From positions 630,001 through 662,000 of the forward strand of contig OW818653.1 in assembly GCA_942492995.1 (NCBI GenBank): a stretch of 32,000 nucleotides of DNA, read 5' to 3'. The translations under genes and the position numbers were made by a program. Below, in pieces: positions 1-10,355 of the stretch (positions within the stretch are counted from its first letter, which is position 1; each line of letters opens with the position of its first letter). The DNA is from an uncultured Erysipelotrichaceae bacterium. Its GTDB lineage: Bacteria > Bacillota_I > Bacilli_A > Erysipelotrichales > Erysipelotrichaceae. The notes under the pieces were generated by a model. That model was given only the letters and a program-made list of their open reading frames with translations, had not been told where the DNA came from and made no database searches.

Positions 1-614
1 ATGCTAGTTGTGAAGATGTAATTTCTACACAAAATTTGATACAAACTTACCTTGACCAAGCATATACTATACTCTATATTGGCCAAGAAAACCATCCTGA
101 AGCTGAAGCAATTTGTGATATTGATCGAAATAACATACATTTTATCAAAGATTTAAGCTCTATTAATGAATTATCCTTTAATTCCGACAAGATATTTGTG
201 ACAAATCAAACTACGATGAGTATTCTTGAAATCAAAGAATTACTTGATTTTATAAAAGAAAAGTATCCTCAAGCAATCATTAGTGATGAGATTTGTAATG
301 CAACTCGTACACGTCAAGAAGCAATACTTAAATTAGAAAATATCGATTGTTTAATTGTGATTGGTGATCCTAAATCTAATAATACACGTATGTTAGCACG
401 CATTGGTACAAATAAAGGTATTAAAAATGTTTATCAAGTTGAGACTGTCATCGCATTGTTTGAAAAAGATTTAAAACAATTTAATCGTATCGCAATTACA
501 GCAGGTGCATCTACCCCTTCATATCTTGTTAATCAAGTAATCGCATACTGTAACGCATTACGTGATAATCAAAATCCTATAGAAGCGATTAATGCGATAA
601 AAGTATTTATTTAG
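1..614 (+). CDS. ispH: 4-hydroxy-3-methylbut-2-enyl diphosphate reductase IspH/LytB, C-terminal ~200 aa (5' end outside window; codon phase starts at nt 3)
   Basis: The reading frame is open to the left edge of the window. IspH family motifs are present in order: HPE (GQENHPEAEAI), NQTT (VTNQTTMS), ICNATRTRQ, VIGDPKSNNTRML, AGASTP. Stop TAG at 612-614. Confidence 0.85.
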   Translation, partial: ASCEDVISTQNLIQTYLDQAYTILYIGQENHPEAEAICDIDRNNIHFIKDLSSINELSFNSDKIFVTNQTTMSILEIKELLDFIKEKYPQAIISDEICNATRTRQEAILKLENIDCLIVIGDPKSNNTRMLARIGTNKGIKNVYQVETVIALFEKDLKQFNRIAITAGASTPSYLVNQVIAYCNALRDNQNPIEAINAIKVFI

Positions 615-1257
615 AGTTTAATAAAGAATTAATTAATTGAATCCTTTCTGAGGATTCTTTTTTTTGTGCGATTCGAATTTTATCTTCAACAGTTTTTTTA
701 AATAATAAATAGTTAATAAATACATCGCTATTCTTCTTAATTAAGATTGGTCCAAACAATATTTCTTTTTCATCTAATTTTTGATGAATTAAATCATATT
801 TAACTTTAACTATTGGATAATAATATTTTCTATCTTTGATTATAGATTCATCAGTTATTCTAAAATTATTATCATTGAGATATTTTCTTAACTCTTCAAT
901 TTTTGTATTTGATTGAATAATAATCTGTGAAAATTCTTTAAAACGATCTTTATCTTGTTCGATTATTGATTGAATTGTTTCAAAACCCATTCCTGCAATA
1001 ACAACACAGTCTATCGGTTCAACATACCCGTTTATACCATCTGATTGAACAAATGTTGCGTTTAAGGATTCATAATTTATAAAATTCTTCTTAGCTTGAT
1101 CAAGTGGTCCAATATTAAGATCTCCAATAATCGCATGTTTAACTATTCTGTTTTGTAATAAATACATAGGTAAAAAGCCATGATCACTTCCTACATCCAT
1201 TAGGACATCACATGGCTCAATTAATTCTGAAACTGCTTGTAATCGTTTATTAAGCAT
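607..1257 (-). CDS. trmK: tRNA (adenine22-N1)-methyltransferase TrmK (YqfN family)
   Basis: 216 aa. The N-terminus RLQAVSELIEPCDVLMDVGSDHGFLPMYLL matches the TrmK SAM-binding signature (DxGxDH). Its position directly after sigA matches B. subtilis (sigA...yqfN). The ATG overlaps the sigA stop (TAATG). Confidence 0.8.
   Translation of the reverse strand: MLNKRLQAVSELIEPCDVLMDVGSDHGFLPMYLLQNRIVKHAIIGDLNIGPLDQAKKNFINYESLNATFVQSDGINGYVEPIDCVVIAGMGFETIQSIIEQDKDRFKEFSQIIIQSNTKIEELRKYLNDNNFRITDESIIKDRKYYYPIVKVKYDLIHQKLDEKEILFGPILIKKNSDVFINYLLFKKTVEDKIRIAQKKESSERIQLINSLLNSK
639..665 (+). terminator. Rho-independent terminator of ispH
   Basis: Stem GAATCCT (639-645), loop TTCTG, stem AGGATTC (651-657), followed by T8 (658-665). 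It starts 25 nt after the ispH stop and lies inside the 3' coding end of convergent trmK. Confidence 0.6.
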
Positions 1258-2879
1258 TATAATTTATCGTTAAAATCTTTTAAACGTTTTGAACGAGTTG
1301 GGTGTTTTAATTTACGTAGAGCTTTTGCTTCTATTTGACGAATACGTTCACGAGTAACATCAAATTCTTTACCAACTTCTTCAAGTGTACGTGTACGTCC
1401 ATCATATAGTCCAAAACGTAATCGAAGTACTTTTTCTTCTCGTTCAGTTAAACCTTGAAGAATATTGTTAATCTCATCTTTTAATAATTGGTTGTTTGCA
1501 TATTCATCAGGTGACATTGCGTCTTTATCTTCAATAAAATCACCAAGATGTGAATCATCTTCTTCACCAATTGGTGTTTCAAGTGATACAGGTTCTAATG
1601 CGATTTTTTGAATTTCTCTAACTTTATCTGGAGTTATATTTTCCATCTTAGCCGCAATTTCTTCAGCACTTGGATCACGACCTAAATCTTGAACAAGTTG
1701 TCTTTGAATTCGAGTTAGTTTATTAATTGTTTCAACCATATGAACAGGAATACGAATTGTACGTGCTTGATCCGCAATTGCACGCGTAATTGCTTGTCTA
1801 ATCCACCAAGTCGCATAAGTTGAAAATTTAAATCCTTTAGTATGATCAAATTTTTCTACAGCTTTGACTAACCCCATGTTACCTTCTTGAATTAAATCTA
1901 AGAATAACATTCCTCTACCAACATATTTTTTAGCGATTGAAACCACTAAACGTAAGTTCGCAGAGATAAGTTCTTGTTTAGCGAAATCACCTGTATCAAT
2001 AATTTTTAAATCAGCTTCAATAGATGATTTAACTTGATCAAATTCATTCGATAGGTTAAAGATTAAATTCTTAAATGCATATACTCTATATGGTTCTGTA
2101 TCAGGTTTGAAATCATGAATTAGGTTAGCTAATAACGGGAAGTGTGGTGTTAATAATCGATAAATTTGAACTGCTGTCATATTTGCTTCAATTTTATCAA
2201 AACCATTGAATTCCTTAACTTTAATAAATTCTAAATTTAAGGTATCTAAGCGATACATAAATGTTTTTAAACGATTTGTGACCGCAAACAAAGTAGTATC
2301 AAAAGAACTGTGATCCGCTTCTTTAAACGACTCATAAAGATCAAAATCAATGCTTAAATGAGAAGATGCTTGTACGAATGTTTCTGATTCAATTGAATCA
2401 AAACTTAACCAACGATATAATATTTTCTTTAAACGATTATAAACTTCGACTCCATCTCTAATCTCAATCGCATATTTTGTTTCTAATGTAGAATTTAATA
2501 ATTCAACACGTCCGATTTCTTTTAAATATTGCTTAACCGGATCATTAACTCTAGCTTGATTCGATGAAGCATAGTTCATATTGTAGTTATCGTCGTTTGA
2601 CTCTTCATCTTCGTCCGATAAATAATCTTCTTTTAATTCAATATCTTCAACAACAAGTGGATTATCATTTAAATCAACATCATCTTCGATAATAACTTCA
2701 TCGCTTAGTTTTACACCCATCGTTAAAAGAGACTCAATAAATTCAGTGCCTTCTTCATCATTTAGATCATAAATAGATAATTCCTTATCGACATCATCTT
2801 GGGTTAATACCCCTTTTTTCTTAAATTTATTTAATAACTCTTTCTTTAGTTCATCGAGTGTCTTGATGCTATTTGCCAT
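1257..2879 (-). CDS. sigA: Primary (housekeeping) RNA polymerase sigma factor, unusually long at 540 aa
   Basis: Near-identical to Bacillus SigA in regions 2-4: [106 protein letters not shown]. Region 1.2 is [18 protein letters not shown] and the N-terminus is acidic (region 1.1). SD GGGGA lies 8 nt upstream of the ATG at 2879. Confidence 0.95.
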   Translation of the reverse strand: MANSIKTLDELKKELLNKFKKKGVLTQDDVDKELSIYDLNDEEGTEFIESLLTMGVKLSDEVIIEDDVDLNDNPLVVEDIELKEDYLSDEDEESNDDNYNMNYASSNQARVNDPVKQYLKEIGRVELLNSTLETKYAIEIRDGVEVYNRLKKILYRWLSFDSIESETFVQASSHLSIDFDLYESFKEADHSSFDTTLFAVTNRLKTFMYRLDTLNLEFIKVKEFNGFDKIEANMTAVQIYRLLTPHFPLLANLIHDFKPDTEPYRVYAFKNLIFNLSNEFDQVKSSIEADLKIIDTGDFAKQELISANLRLVVSIAKKYVGRGMLFLDLIQEGNMGLVKAVEKFDHTKGFKFSTYATWWIRQAITRAIADQARTIRIPVHMVETINKLTRIQRQLVQDLGRDPSAEEIAAKMENITPDKVREIQKIALEPVSLETPIGEEDDSHLGDFIEDKDAMSPDEYANNQLLKDEINNILQGLTEREEKVLRLRFGLYDGRTRTLEEVGKEFDVTRERIRQIEAKALRKLKHPTRSKRLKDFNDKL

Positions 2880-4635
2880 GATTTCGATCCCCTTTCATCT
2901 GGAATAATTCACGTCTAATCTTTATTAATTCTTGGAATTCATTCAAACGAGATTGATTTAAATTGAGTGATAAGTCATCTCTGTACGTAGTTTTGAAATT
3001 CTCTATCTGAATGTCCAGGTTATTAATTTTAACTTGTAGGATAGCGTCCTGTAAAGCCTCAATTGAGTAATTACGATAATAAATATCACTTTCAACAATC
3101 TGAGTAACTAATTCTATCATAGACTTGTCATCTAAAGTACTTATAAAATCCGCAATTACTAATTCTTCATGATTTCTATAATAGTTTATTATGGTTAAAG
3201 CAAGCTTTTGATACTCATCAAGTATGAAATATCCAAGTTCTTGTCTAAAATCAAGAACTGCTTGAGCACTAAATAACATCTGTCCAATAATTTCTTTTTC
3301 AGCCCATTGATTTAAATCAACTTTTTTAACGTTTGTTGGTTTATAAACCACTTTAGGTTGAACAGGTTTATCTCTTAATAAATCTAATTGATCACGTGTA
3401 AATTGAGTTACTTGCATCAATCGATCTAGCATATGTTCTTGATCGAATTTATCTTTTAAATTATTAATCTCATCCAAGATTATTTTTGTAAATTCTTTCT
3501 TTTGATTATAATTCTCTAAATCTAAACGTTTGATACTGTAATTGAAGAAAAAATCTAAATAAGAAGTTTTCTGTGACATCAATCGAATTAATGCATCTTT
3601 TGATTTTTGTTCAATAATCTCATCTAAATCTAAATTGGTATTATTTTGAATAATCGATACATTTAATCGATTCGCAATTAACAATCGAGCAAGCTTAAGC
3701 GTTGCGGTTTGACCAGCTGTGTCTGAATCATAACACAAGACAACATTATTACTTGCGTTTTGAATTAAACTAATTTGTTCCCTTGTACAAGCAGTACCTA
3801 ATGTCGCAACAACATTTTCTATATTTACACGATCTAGTGCGATTACATCCATAACACCTTCAACAATAATAATTTCTCTAGTCTGTTTTATCGATTTAAT
3901 TGCACGATGATAATTGTATAGTAGATTTCCTTTTATATAGAGTGGTGTTTCTGTGGAGTTTATATATTTACTACTCTCACTAGGATTCATTGTTCGCGCT
4001 GTAAACGCAACTGGTTGACCTTGTGGATTATGAATTGGGAATACAATTCGTTGATTGAAGACATCCTTTGAACCAAATTCATTTGTTCGAGAAATATTAG
4101 CTTTTACACAAGATTCTAGAGTAAATCCCTTAGCTAATAAAAATTTAGTACTTTGATCATTATTTAAATTATAACCAATTTCAAATTTTTGAATGACTGT
4201 ATCATCTAACCCACGTTTATATAAATACTTCTTTGCTTCACTAGCATCTTCAGTATTTAAAATATAACGTGAATATTTAACATATTCATTCAATACATCA
4301 TAAAGAGATTGTAGTTTTGGATCGATTTTCCTAGGTGCAATCAAGTATTTTTCATCTAATGGAAATGAAACATAATTCGCTACTTTTAATATTGCGTCAT
4401 TATATTGAATCTTTTCAAAATCTTTTACGAAATTAAAAACATTACCACCAGCTCCACAAACAAAGCATTTATAGATCTGTTTATCTTCAGATATCGACAT
4501 TGATGGGTCATGATCATCATGAAAAGGACAAACAGCTACATAATTTTTGCCCTTCTTAATTAATGGCAAATAACGTTGAATAATTTCAACGATATCTGCT
4601 TTTGCTCTTATTTCTTGAATCAGAGATTCGTTCAT
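2869..4635 (-). CDS. dnaG: DNA primase DnaG
   Basis: 588 aa. Zinc-ribbon [35 protein letters not shown] region ([21 protein letters not shown]). Classical dnaG-sigA pairing with an 11-nt overlap with sigA. Confidence 0.95.
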   Translation of the reverse strand: MNESLIQEIRAKADIVEIIQRYLPLIKKGKNYVAVCPFHDDHDPSMSISEDKQIYKCFVCGAGGNVFNFVKDFEKIQYNDAILKVANYVSFPLDEKYLIAPRKIDPKLQSLYDVLNEYVKYSRYILNTEDASEAKKYLYKRGLDDTVIQKFEIGYNLNNDQSTKFLLAKGFTLESCVKANISRTNEFGSKDVFNQRIVFPIHNPQGQPVAFTARTMNPSESSKYINSTETPLYIKGNLLYNYHRAIKSIKQTREIIIVEGVMDVIALDRVNIENVVATLGTACTREQISLIQNASNNVVLCYDSDTAGQTATLKLARLLIANRLNVSIIQNNTNLDLDEIIEQKSKDALIRLMSQKTSYLDFFFNYSIKRLDLENYNQKKEFTKIILDEINNLKDKFDQEHMLDRLMQVTQFTRDQLDLLRDKPVQPKVVYKPTNVKKVDLNQWAEKEIIGQMLFSAQAVLDFRQELGYFILDEYQKLALTIINYYRNHEELVIADFISTLDDKSMIELVTQIVESDIYYRNYSIEALQDAILQVKINNLDIQIENFKTTYRDDLSLNLNQSRLNEFQELIKIRRELFQMKGDRNHGK

Positions 4636-4637
4636 AC

Positions 4638-6008
4638 TTAAAATGTTAGGTGTTTTGATATGAATCCTTTTAAGTCAGTAATTAAAACTCTTTCTTGTGC
4701 CATCGTATCACGATGACGAACAGTAACCATATTATCGTTTGCTGTATCAAAGTCGACAGTTATGCAGAAAGGTGTACCAATCGCATCTTGTCTTCTATAG
4801 CGTTTACCAATACTACCTGCTTCATCGTATTCAATCATAAATGATTTAGATAAATCACCAAATATTTCATCTGCTTTACCAGAAAGTTGTTTACTTAATG
4901 GCATAATGCATGCTTTATATGGAGCTAAATAAGGATGTAAGTGTAAAACAACACGAGTATCTTTTTCTAATTCCTGTTCTTCATAACTATCAGTTAAGAA
5001 GGTTAAGAATAATCGTTCAACCCCTACCGCTGGTTCGACACAAAACGGAATATATTTTTCATTTGTAGTTGGATCGAGATATTCCATATTAGAACCAGAA
5101 TGAATTTGATGTTGTTTCAAATCAAAATCAGTTCGATCGGCAATTCCCCAGATTTCATCAAATCCCCATGGGAATCTATATTCAACATCGGCAGTTCCCT
5201 TTGAATAATGTGATAGTTCTTCAAGATCATGCTCACGTAAACGTAAATTTTCAGGTTTAACATTAAGATTGGTTAACCAATTCATACAGAATTCTTTCCA
5301 ATATGCATACCATTTTAAATCCTCACCAGGTTGACAGAAGAATTCCATCTCCATTTGTTCGAATTCACGCGTTCTAAATATAAAGTTACCTGGAGTAATT
5401 TCATTTCTAAATGATTTACCAATTTGTCCGATACCAAATGGTACTTTTTTACGACTTGTACGTTGTACATTCTTAAAGTTAACAAACATACCTTGAGCTG
5501 TTTCTGGACGTAAATAAATTGTATTCTTCGAGTCTTCCACAACCCCTTGGAATGTCTTAAACATTAAGTTAAATTGACGAATGTCTGTAAAATCTTCTGC
5601 CCCGCAATTAGGACATGCAATATGATGTTCCTTAATATAGTTTTGCATCTCTTCATTCTTCATTGTAGACGCATTAACACTACCTTTTGAAACTTCATCA
5701 ATTAATTTATCTGCTCTATGACGCGTTTTACATTTCTTACAATCCATTAAAGGATCACTAAATGTCGCTAAATGTCCACTTGCTTGCCAAACTTTTGGAT
5801 TCATCAAAATCGCAGATTGAATTTCTACGTTATATGGACTCTCTTGTATGAATTTTAAACGCCAAGCGTTTTTAATATTTTCTTTTAATAAAACACCTAG
5901 GGGACCAAAATCCCAAGTATTTGCTAAACCACCATATATTTCAGAACCTTGAAATACAAAACCACTATTTTTAGCATGATTTACAATTGTTTCAAATTTA
6001 ATATCCAT
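4638..6008 (-). CDS. glyQS: Glycine--tRNA ligase, homodimeric class II type
   Basis: 456 aa. The length and motifs are typical of single-chain GlyRS ([42 protein letters not shown]). SD GGAG lies 7 nt upstream of the ATG at 6008. Confidence 0.95.
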   Translation of the reverse strand: MDIKFETIVNHAKNSGFVFQGSEIYGGLANTWDFGPLGVLLKENIKNAWRLKFIQESPYNVEIQSAILMNPKVWQASGHLATFSDPLMDCKKCKTRHRADKLIDEVSKGSVNASTMKNEEMQNYIKEHHIACPNCGAEDFTDIRQFNLMFKTFQGVVEDSKNTIYLRPETAQGMFVNFKNVQRTSRKKVPFGIGQIGKSFRNEITPGNFIFRTREFEQMEMEFFCQPGEDLKWYAYWKEFCMNWLTNLNVKPENLRLREHDLEELSHYSKGTADVEYRFPWGFDEIWGIADRTDFDLKQHQIHSGSNMEYLDPTTNEKYIPFCVEPAVGVERLFLTFLTDSYEEQELEKDTRVVLHLHPYLAPYKACIMPLSKQLSGKADEIFGDLSKSFMIEYDEAGSIGKRYRRQDAIGTPFCITVDFDTANDNMVTVRHRDTMAQERVLITDLKGFISKHLTF

Positions 6009-6024
6009 ATTTATCTCCTATTAA

Positions 6025-6777
6025 CTACATTATTATAGACCATTTACGTATAAATTCCCAAGACTTTAGAGTGATACCAGTGTGATATTCAAGGAATTTT
6101 ACTAAAAGTAGAATTAAATCATGACTAACATCTTTATACGCAAGATAATTTTCAAAATTCTCTTGATTTATTTTCTGACTCAATCTAAATTCTTTAAGAA
6201 ATTCTACTTGATATATGGGAGAATGTAGTTCTAATTGACAATCACTACAAATTAAACCACCCTCTTCTATGGATATGCTGTTAATCTTCGTAGAGTCACA
6301 TAACACACAAGAATCTACATGAGGAGATATTCCATAGTAATTCATATAGGAAGTAAGCATAAACGCCATAATCGCATTTAAACGTGTTTTACTTTCAATT
6401 TGATCAAATATGAATTTAGTGAAATCATAATGTTCATGTAATACATCTATATCATTTTCATCATGGATAAGATTTTCAATTAACTCTACACACAATGATG
6501 CAGCTCCACTTTTTTGTAGGTCCTCATGTATTTTATAGTGATTTTGGATAATTTGTCCTTGAAGTAAAGATTGAATTTGATTGTTTTCATGATAATTAAA
6601 CATAAATTCACTTAACGAATAAGGCATACATATACTTCTATTTTTACTATTAATTTTCCGAATACCTTTAGCATGAAACGTCATTAATCCATAATCATAA
6701 GAAAATACCTTAATTAAAGCATCATTTTCTTTATAATCCATTTGATTCAATACAATTACTTGAGTAATATCATTCAT
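6025..6777 (-). CDS. recO: DNA repair protein RecO
   Basis: 250 aa. N-terminal OB-fold-like region and a CxxC...CxxC zinc motif (CVLCDS...CSDC). Conserved era-recO adjacency with an 8-nt overlap with era. Confidence 0.85.
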   Translation of the reverse strand: MNDITQVIVLNQMDYKENDALIKVFSYDYGLMTFHAKGIRKINSKNRSICMPYSLSEFMFNYHENNQIQSLLQGQIIQNHYKIHEDLQKSGAASLCVELIENLIHDENDIDVLHEHYDFTKFIFDQIESKTRLNAIMAFMLTSYMNYYGISPHVDSCVLCDSTKINSISIEEGGLICSDCQLELHSPIYQVEFLKEFRLSQKINQENFENYLAYKDVSHDLILLLVKFLEYHTGITLKSWEFIRKWSIIM

Positions 6778-7663
6778 CTAATTCCCAATTGTTATACGTA
6801 TTTAAACGCTTTTGTATATTACGCCAATTTTTATCAACTTTTACCATTAAATCTAGATATACTGGTTTATTAAATCGTTTCTCTAATTCTAAACGAGCAT
6901 TTTGCCCAATTTCTTTAAGCATCGTACCTTGTTTACCGATTAGTATTCCTTTTTGAGAATCTCTATCCGCAATTAAACTTGCTTGAATAAAGATAGATTT
7001 TTTGTCTTCTTTAAAATTATCTAATGTAACTGCGACTGAATGTGGAACTTCTTGATTCGTTAAATGTAATACATGTTCACGGATAATTTCTGTAATATAG
7101 AAATATTCAGGAAAATCAACCATACTATCATCACTAAAGAATTTCTCTTGCTCAGGAATAAAGTTACTTGTTACTTCTAATAAGCGTTCAATATTATCAT
7201 TGTTTTTTGCACTTACGGGAATAACTTCTTTAAAGATTTCCATTGCGGAAAATTGTAATAATAACTCCATTAATTGCTTCTTAGGAATTAAATCAATTTT
7301 ATTAAGAATTAAGAGAATTGGTAAATTCTGTTTTAAACATAAATCTAAAACAAATTGATCTCCTTTTCCAAAGGGTTTAGTCGCATCAAGTAGATAATAA
7401 ATCGCATCTACCCCTTCTAATGCTGAAAAAGCTAATCGATTTAATTGTCTACCCAATTCATGTTGAGGTTTATGAATCCCAGGAGTATCAATAAATATAA
7501 TCTGATAATCTGAAGTCGTTTTGATACCACGAATCATATTACGAGTTGTTTGAGCTTTATTTGATACAATAGCAACTTTATGATTCAAAATTTGATTTAG
7601 TAAAGTGCTTTTCCCAGCGTTGGGACGACCTATTAACGCTACAAATCCAGCTTTAAAACTCAT
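6770..7663 (-). CDS. era: GTPase Era
   Basis: 297 aa. G1 GRPNAGKST, G3 DTPG, G4 NKID, and a C-terminal KH domain (VAVTLDNF...LIGKQGTMLKEIG). Confidence 0.95.
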   Translation of the reverse strand: MSFKAGFVALIGRPNAGKSTLLNQILNHKVAIVSNKAQTTRNMIRGIKTTSDYQIIFIDTPGIHKPQHELGRQLNRLAFSALEGVDAIYYLLDATKPFGKGDQFVLDLCLKQNLPILLILNKIDLIPKKQLMELLLQFSAMEIFKEVIPVSAKNNDNIERLLEVTSNFIPEQEKFFSDDSMVDFPEYFYITEIIREHVLHLTNQEVPHSVAVTLDNFKEDKKSIFIQASLIADRDSQKGILIGKQGTMLKEIGQNARLELEKRFNKPVYLDLMVKVDKNWRNIQKRLNTYNNWELDE

Positions 7664-8058
7664 ATTACATCCTCTTGTGTAAATCTCATTGGTAACAAGT
7701 CATCAATTGTTTTCTCAATTGTATCTACTCCATTTGATAAATAAATAGGTGTAGTGTCTTCAAGCAATTCGGAAAGTACTTGTCTACAAATACCACAAGG
7801 TGCTCCAATTCTATGGCCATCCGTTACAATTGCGATGGATTCAATATCTTCTTTACGATAACCGTTTGAATATGCCGCAAATATTGCGCTTCTTTCACCA
7901 CAATTTGTAGCTCCAAAAGAAGCATTCTCAATATTTGCACCTAAAAATGTATTGCCATCTTTAGTAACTACACATGAACCAACATGATAATTTGAATAAG
8001 GTGCATATGCATTCCCCATTGCTTTAAAAGCCAGTTTTAGTACTTCATCTTTATTCAT
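7660..8058 (-). CDS. cdd: Cytidine deaminase (132 aa from the internal ATG)
   Basis: Zinc motifs CGERSAIF and PCGICRQ. I moved the start from the track's 8082 to the ATG at 8058 (MNKDEVL), because a perfect AGGAGGA sits 3 nt upstream (8062-8068). ATGA overlap with era. Confidence 0.9.
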   Translation of the reverse strand: MNKDEVLKLAFKAMGNAYAPYSNYHVGSCVVTKDGNTFLGANIENASFGATNCGERSAIFAAYSNGYRKEDIESIAIVTDGHRIGAPCGICRQVLSELLEDTTPIYLSNGVDTIEKTIDDLLPMRFTQEDVI

Positions 8059-8066
8059 AATTCCTC

Positions 8067-8435
8067 CTATAGGTGTTGACACACAAATATAAAACCAATA
8101 ATTAAACTAAATATTGCGGATATAAGCACAGCTGCAGCACCTAAGTCTTTAGCTTTCTTAGTAAGAACATGATAACTCGGATCTAATCGATCCATCATGT
8201 TTTCAAATGAACTGTTTAAGTATTCTAATGCAATTACCAATGAAATACAAATCAGCCAAATCGACCATTCAATATACGTAAAGTTAAAAACAAACGCAAC
8301 AATCAATGCACATATCGCAAAGAAAAATTGTAATTGAATACTAAAATCAGATCTTATACCTTCAATTAGTCCATAAAACGCTACACGAAATTTAAAGTAT
8401 AGCTTTTGAATTGGATTACCGTTTTGCGATTTCAT
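8067..8435 (-). CDS. dgkA: DgkA-family lipid kinase (diacylglycerol / undecaprenol kinase)
   Basis: 122 aa with three predicted TM helices and an N-terminal amphipathic segment, which is typical DgkA size and topology. Conserved ybeY-dgkA-cdd order. SD GAGGAA lies 8 nt upstream of the ATG at 8435, inside the ybeY 3' end. Confidence 0.8.
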   Translation of the reverse strand: MKSQNGNPIQKLYFKFRVAFYGLIEGIRSDFSIQLQFFFAICALIVAFVFNFTYIEWSIWLICISLVIALEYLNSSFENMMDRLDPSYHVLTKKAKDLGAAAVLISAIFSLIIGFIFVCQHL

Positions 8436-8871
8436 CCAATATTTCCTCTTGTAAACGAATCATTATGGCCTCTTCATCGGATTTCATATGATCATAACCT
8501 AAAAGATGTAAAATTCCATGCGTGATTAGAAAACAAAATTCTCGCTTTAGACTATGGCCATAATCATTCGCTTGTTCTCTAATAGCTTTAACATTTACAA
8601 ATATATCACCTAATTCAATTGATGATTCTGGTGATATAAAACTATCTTCATCTAACGACGCAAAACTAATTACATCTGTAACTTTATCAATATTCCGATA
8701 CTCAGAATTTATTGAACGAATCGTTTCAGGTTCGACAAGAATAATTGAAAAATCATAATGCTTATCTAATTTAAGTACAGTTTCAACTCTTGCAGTAATT
8801 TGATTTACAAATTGCTTATAATTTTTCCATGACAATTCATGGCTTTGGTTTATAAATTCATAGTTCATCAT
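8416..8871 (-). CDS. ybeY: Endoribonuclease YbeY (16S rRNA 3'-end maturation)
   Basis: 151 aa with the diagnostic metal-binding motif HGILHLLGYDH. No SD upstream of the ATG ATG start (8871/8868). Confidence 0.9.
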   Translation of the reverse strand: MMNYEFINQSHELSWKNYKQFVNQITARVETVLKLDKHYDFSIILVEPETIRSINSEYRNIDKVTDVISFASLDEDSFISPESSIELGDIFVNVKAIREQANDYGHSLKREFCFLITHGILHLLGYDHMKSDEEAIMIRLQEEILDEIAKR

Positions 8872-8880
8872 AACGTTTTA

Positions 8881-8889
8881 ATTATACCA
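8881..8889 (-). promoter_or_regulatory. Extended -10 promoter element TGGTATAAT for the ybeY operon
   Basis: The minus strand reads TGGTATAAT-taaaacgtt-ATG. It sits between the phoU terminator and ybeY, and I see no good -35. Confidence 0.45.
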
Positions 8890-8920
8890 TAGTCTTTTAT
8901 TTGAATTAACTTAAAACAGA

Positions 8921-8949
8921 AAAGTAAGAAAAAGAGCAAATTGCTCTTT
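8921..8949 (-). terminator. Putative rho-independent terminator after phoU
   Basis: The minus strand reads AAAGAGCA-ATT-TGCTCTTT followed by TTCTTACTTTTCTGTTTT. The 8-bp stem has a 3-nt loop and overlaps the phoU stop codon. Confidence 0.45.
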
Positions 8950-9589
8950 ATCCGAAATCATATCTTTGATTAGTCACTTCGTAGATTAAATGTTCAAGAA
9001 TATTCTTAGTATGATCTCCAGCTCTTTCAAAATTTCTTAACATACTTACAAATGGAACAATATTTGCCAACTCTTTATGTTCAATGTTGTTCTTCTCTAT
9101 TTGTTGATATAACTTAGAAATTGTAACATCAATTTCTTCGTCTAATTTTGACAATTCCATTGCTGATTTAACATCTTTGAGCTTATATGCTTCCATTGTC
9201 GCATCATAGAATTTAATAAAACTATGATTTATTACTTCAACATAAGGTAAGAATTCCTCATCGATTTTATCGTTTTTAATAACATATCTTGCTACACTTT
9301 TAGCATAATCTCCAATACGTTCTAAATCTGTCGCAATTTTAATTCCAACAACAACTTTACGTAAATCTGAAGCTAAAGGTGCAAGTAAAGCTAATACCTC
9401 AAGTGCACGTCGATTAATCATTTCTTCATCATTATTTACATATTCATCTAATTCAACGATAGCTAAAGCGCGTTCTTTATCACCTGTTTTAATAATTTCC
9501 ATCGTCCATACATGCATTTTTCTAACCTTTTCACTCATTAAAAAGATTAACTCTTCAAACATCTCTAATTCAGTTGTAATTCTGACCAT
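8948..9589 (-). CDS. phoU: Phosphate signalling complex protein PhoU
   Basis: 213 aa with two PhoU repeats, each with the E(D)xxxD-type motif context (ATDLERIGDYA and NFERAGDHT). It lies immediately downstream of pstB. Confidence 0.9.
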   Translation of the reverse strand: MVRITTELEMFEELIFLMSEKVRKMHVWTMEIIKTGDKERALAIVELDEYVNNDEEMINRRALEVLALLAPLASDLRKVVVGIKIATDLERIGDYAKSVARYVIKNDKIDEEFLPYVEVINHSFIKFYDATMEAYKLKDVKSAMELSKLDEEIDVTISKLYQQIEKNNIEHKELANIVPFVSMLRNFERAGDHTKNILEHLIYEVTNQRYDFG

Positions 9590-9590
9590 T

Positions 9591-10346
9591 TTATCCGTAC
9601 CTTCCTGTTATGTAGTCTTCTGTTCTTTTATCTCGCGGATTAGTAAACATATCCTTTGTAACTCCAAACTCAATCAACTCACCATTCAAGAAGAAACCTG
9701 TATAATCTGAAATACGTGCTGCTTGTTGCATTGAATGAGTAACGATAATTACAGTATATTCCTTTTTTAATTCCTGTAGAAGTTCTTCTATTTTAGAAGT
9801 AGCAATTGGATCCAAAGCTGATGTTGGTTCATCCATCAATATAACTTCAGGTTTTGTCGCAAGTGTTCTTGCAATACATAATCTTTGTTGTTGACCACCT
9901 GATAACGAGAAAGCTGATTGATTTAGTTTACTCTTAACTTCATCCCATAATGAAGCTTTTCTTAAGGATGTTTCAACAATATTCTTATAATCAATTTTAT
10001 CTGCATCACCATGTCTTTTAACTGCATAAAGAACATTTTCACTAATAGATTTTGGAAATGGATTTGGTTTTTGGAATACCATTCCAATTCTCTTTCGAAG
10101 TTCTACAACATCGACATCCTTCTTAAGTAGATCCATCTCATCGAAAAATATGTGTCCATCCGCTTTAGTATCTTCAATTAAATCGTACATACGATCAATT
10201 GTTTTAATAAAAGTAGATTTCCCACATCCAGAAGGACCGATTAATGCCGTAATCTTATTTTCGTGTATATCAATATTAATATTTTTTAATGCTTGAAAAC
10301 TACCGTAATAGAAATTTAGATTTTCAACTTTAACTTTTATTGTCAT
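9591..10346 (-). CDS. pstB: Phosphate ABC transporter ATP-binding protein PstB
   Basis: 251 aa. Walker [10 protein letters not shown], signature LSGGQQQR, Walker [12 protein letters not shown]. The PstB-typical N-terminus ([15 protein letters not shown]) is present. Confidence 0.95.
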   Translation of the reverse strand: MTIKVKVENLNFYYGSFQALKNINIDIHENKITALIGPSGCGKSTFIKTIDRMYDLIEDTKADGHIFFDEMDLLKKDVDVVELRKRIGMVFQKPNPFPKSISENVLYAVKRHGDADKIDYKNIVETSLRKASLWDEVKSKLNQSAFSLSGGQQQRLCIARTLATKPEVILMDEPTSALDPIATSKIEELLQELKKEYTVIIVTHSMQQAARISDYTGFFLNGELIEFGVTKDMFTNPRDKRTEDYITGRYG

Positions 10347-10355
10347 TTTATGCTC

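Noticed and set aside
5315-5542. 75-aa same-strand ORF nested out of frame inside glyQS.
   Set aside because: It lies within a highly conserved GlyRS catalytic-core region, has no SD, and its composition is typical of an off-frame read.
6009-6024. Expected a T-box leader upstream of glyQS, as in many Firmicutes.
   Set aside because: Only 16 nt separate recO and glyQS, and they contain just an SD. There is no room for a T-box riboswitch of about 200 nt.
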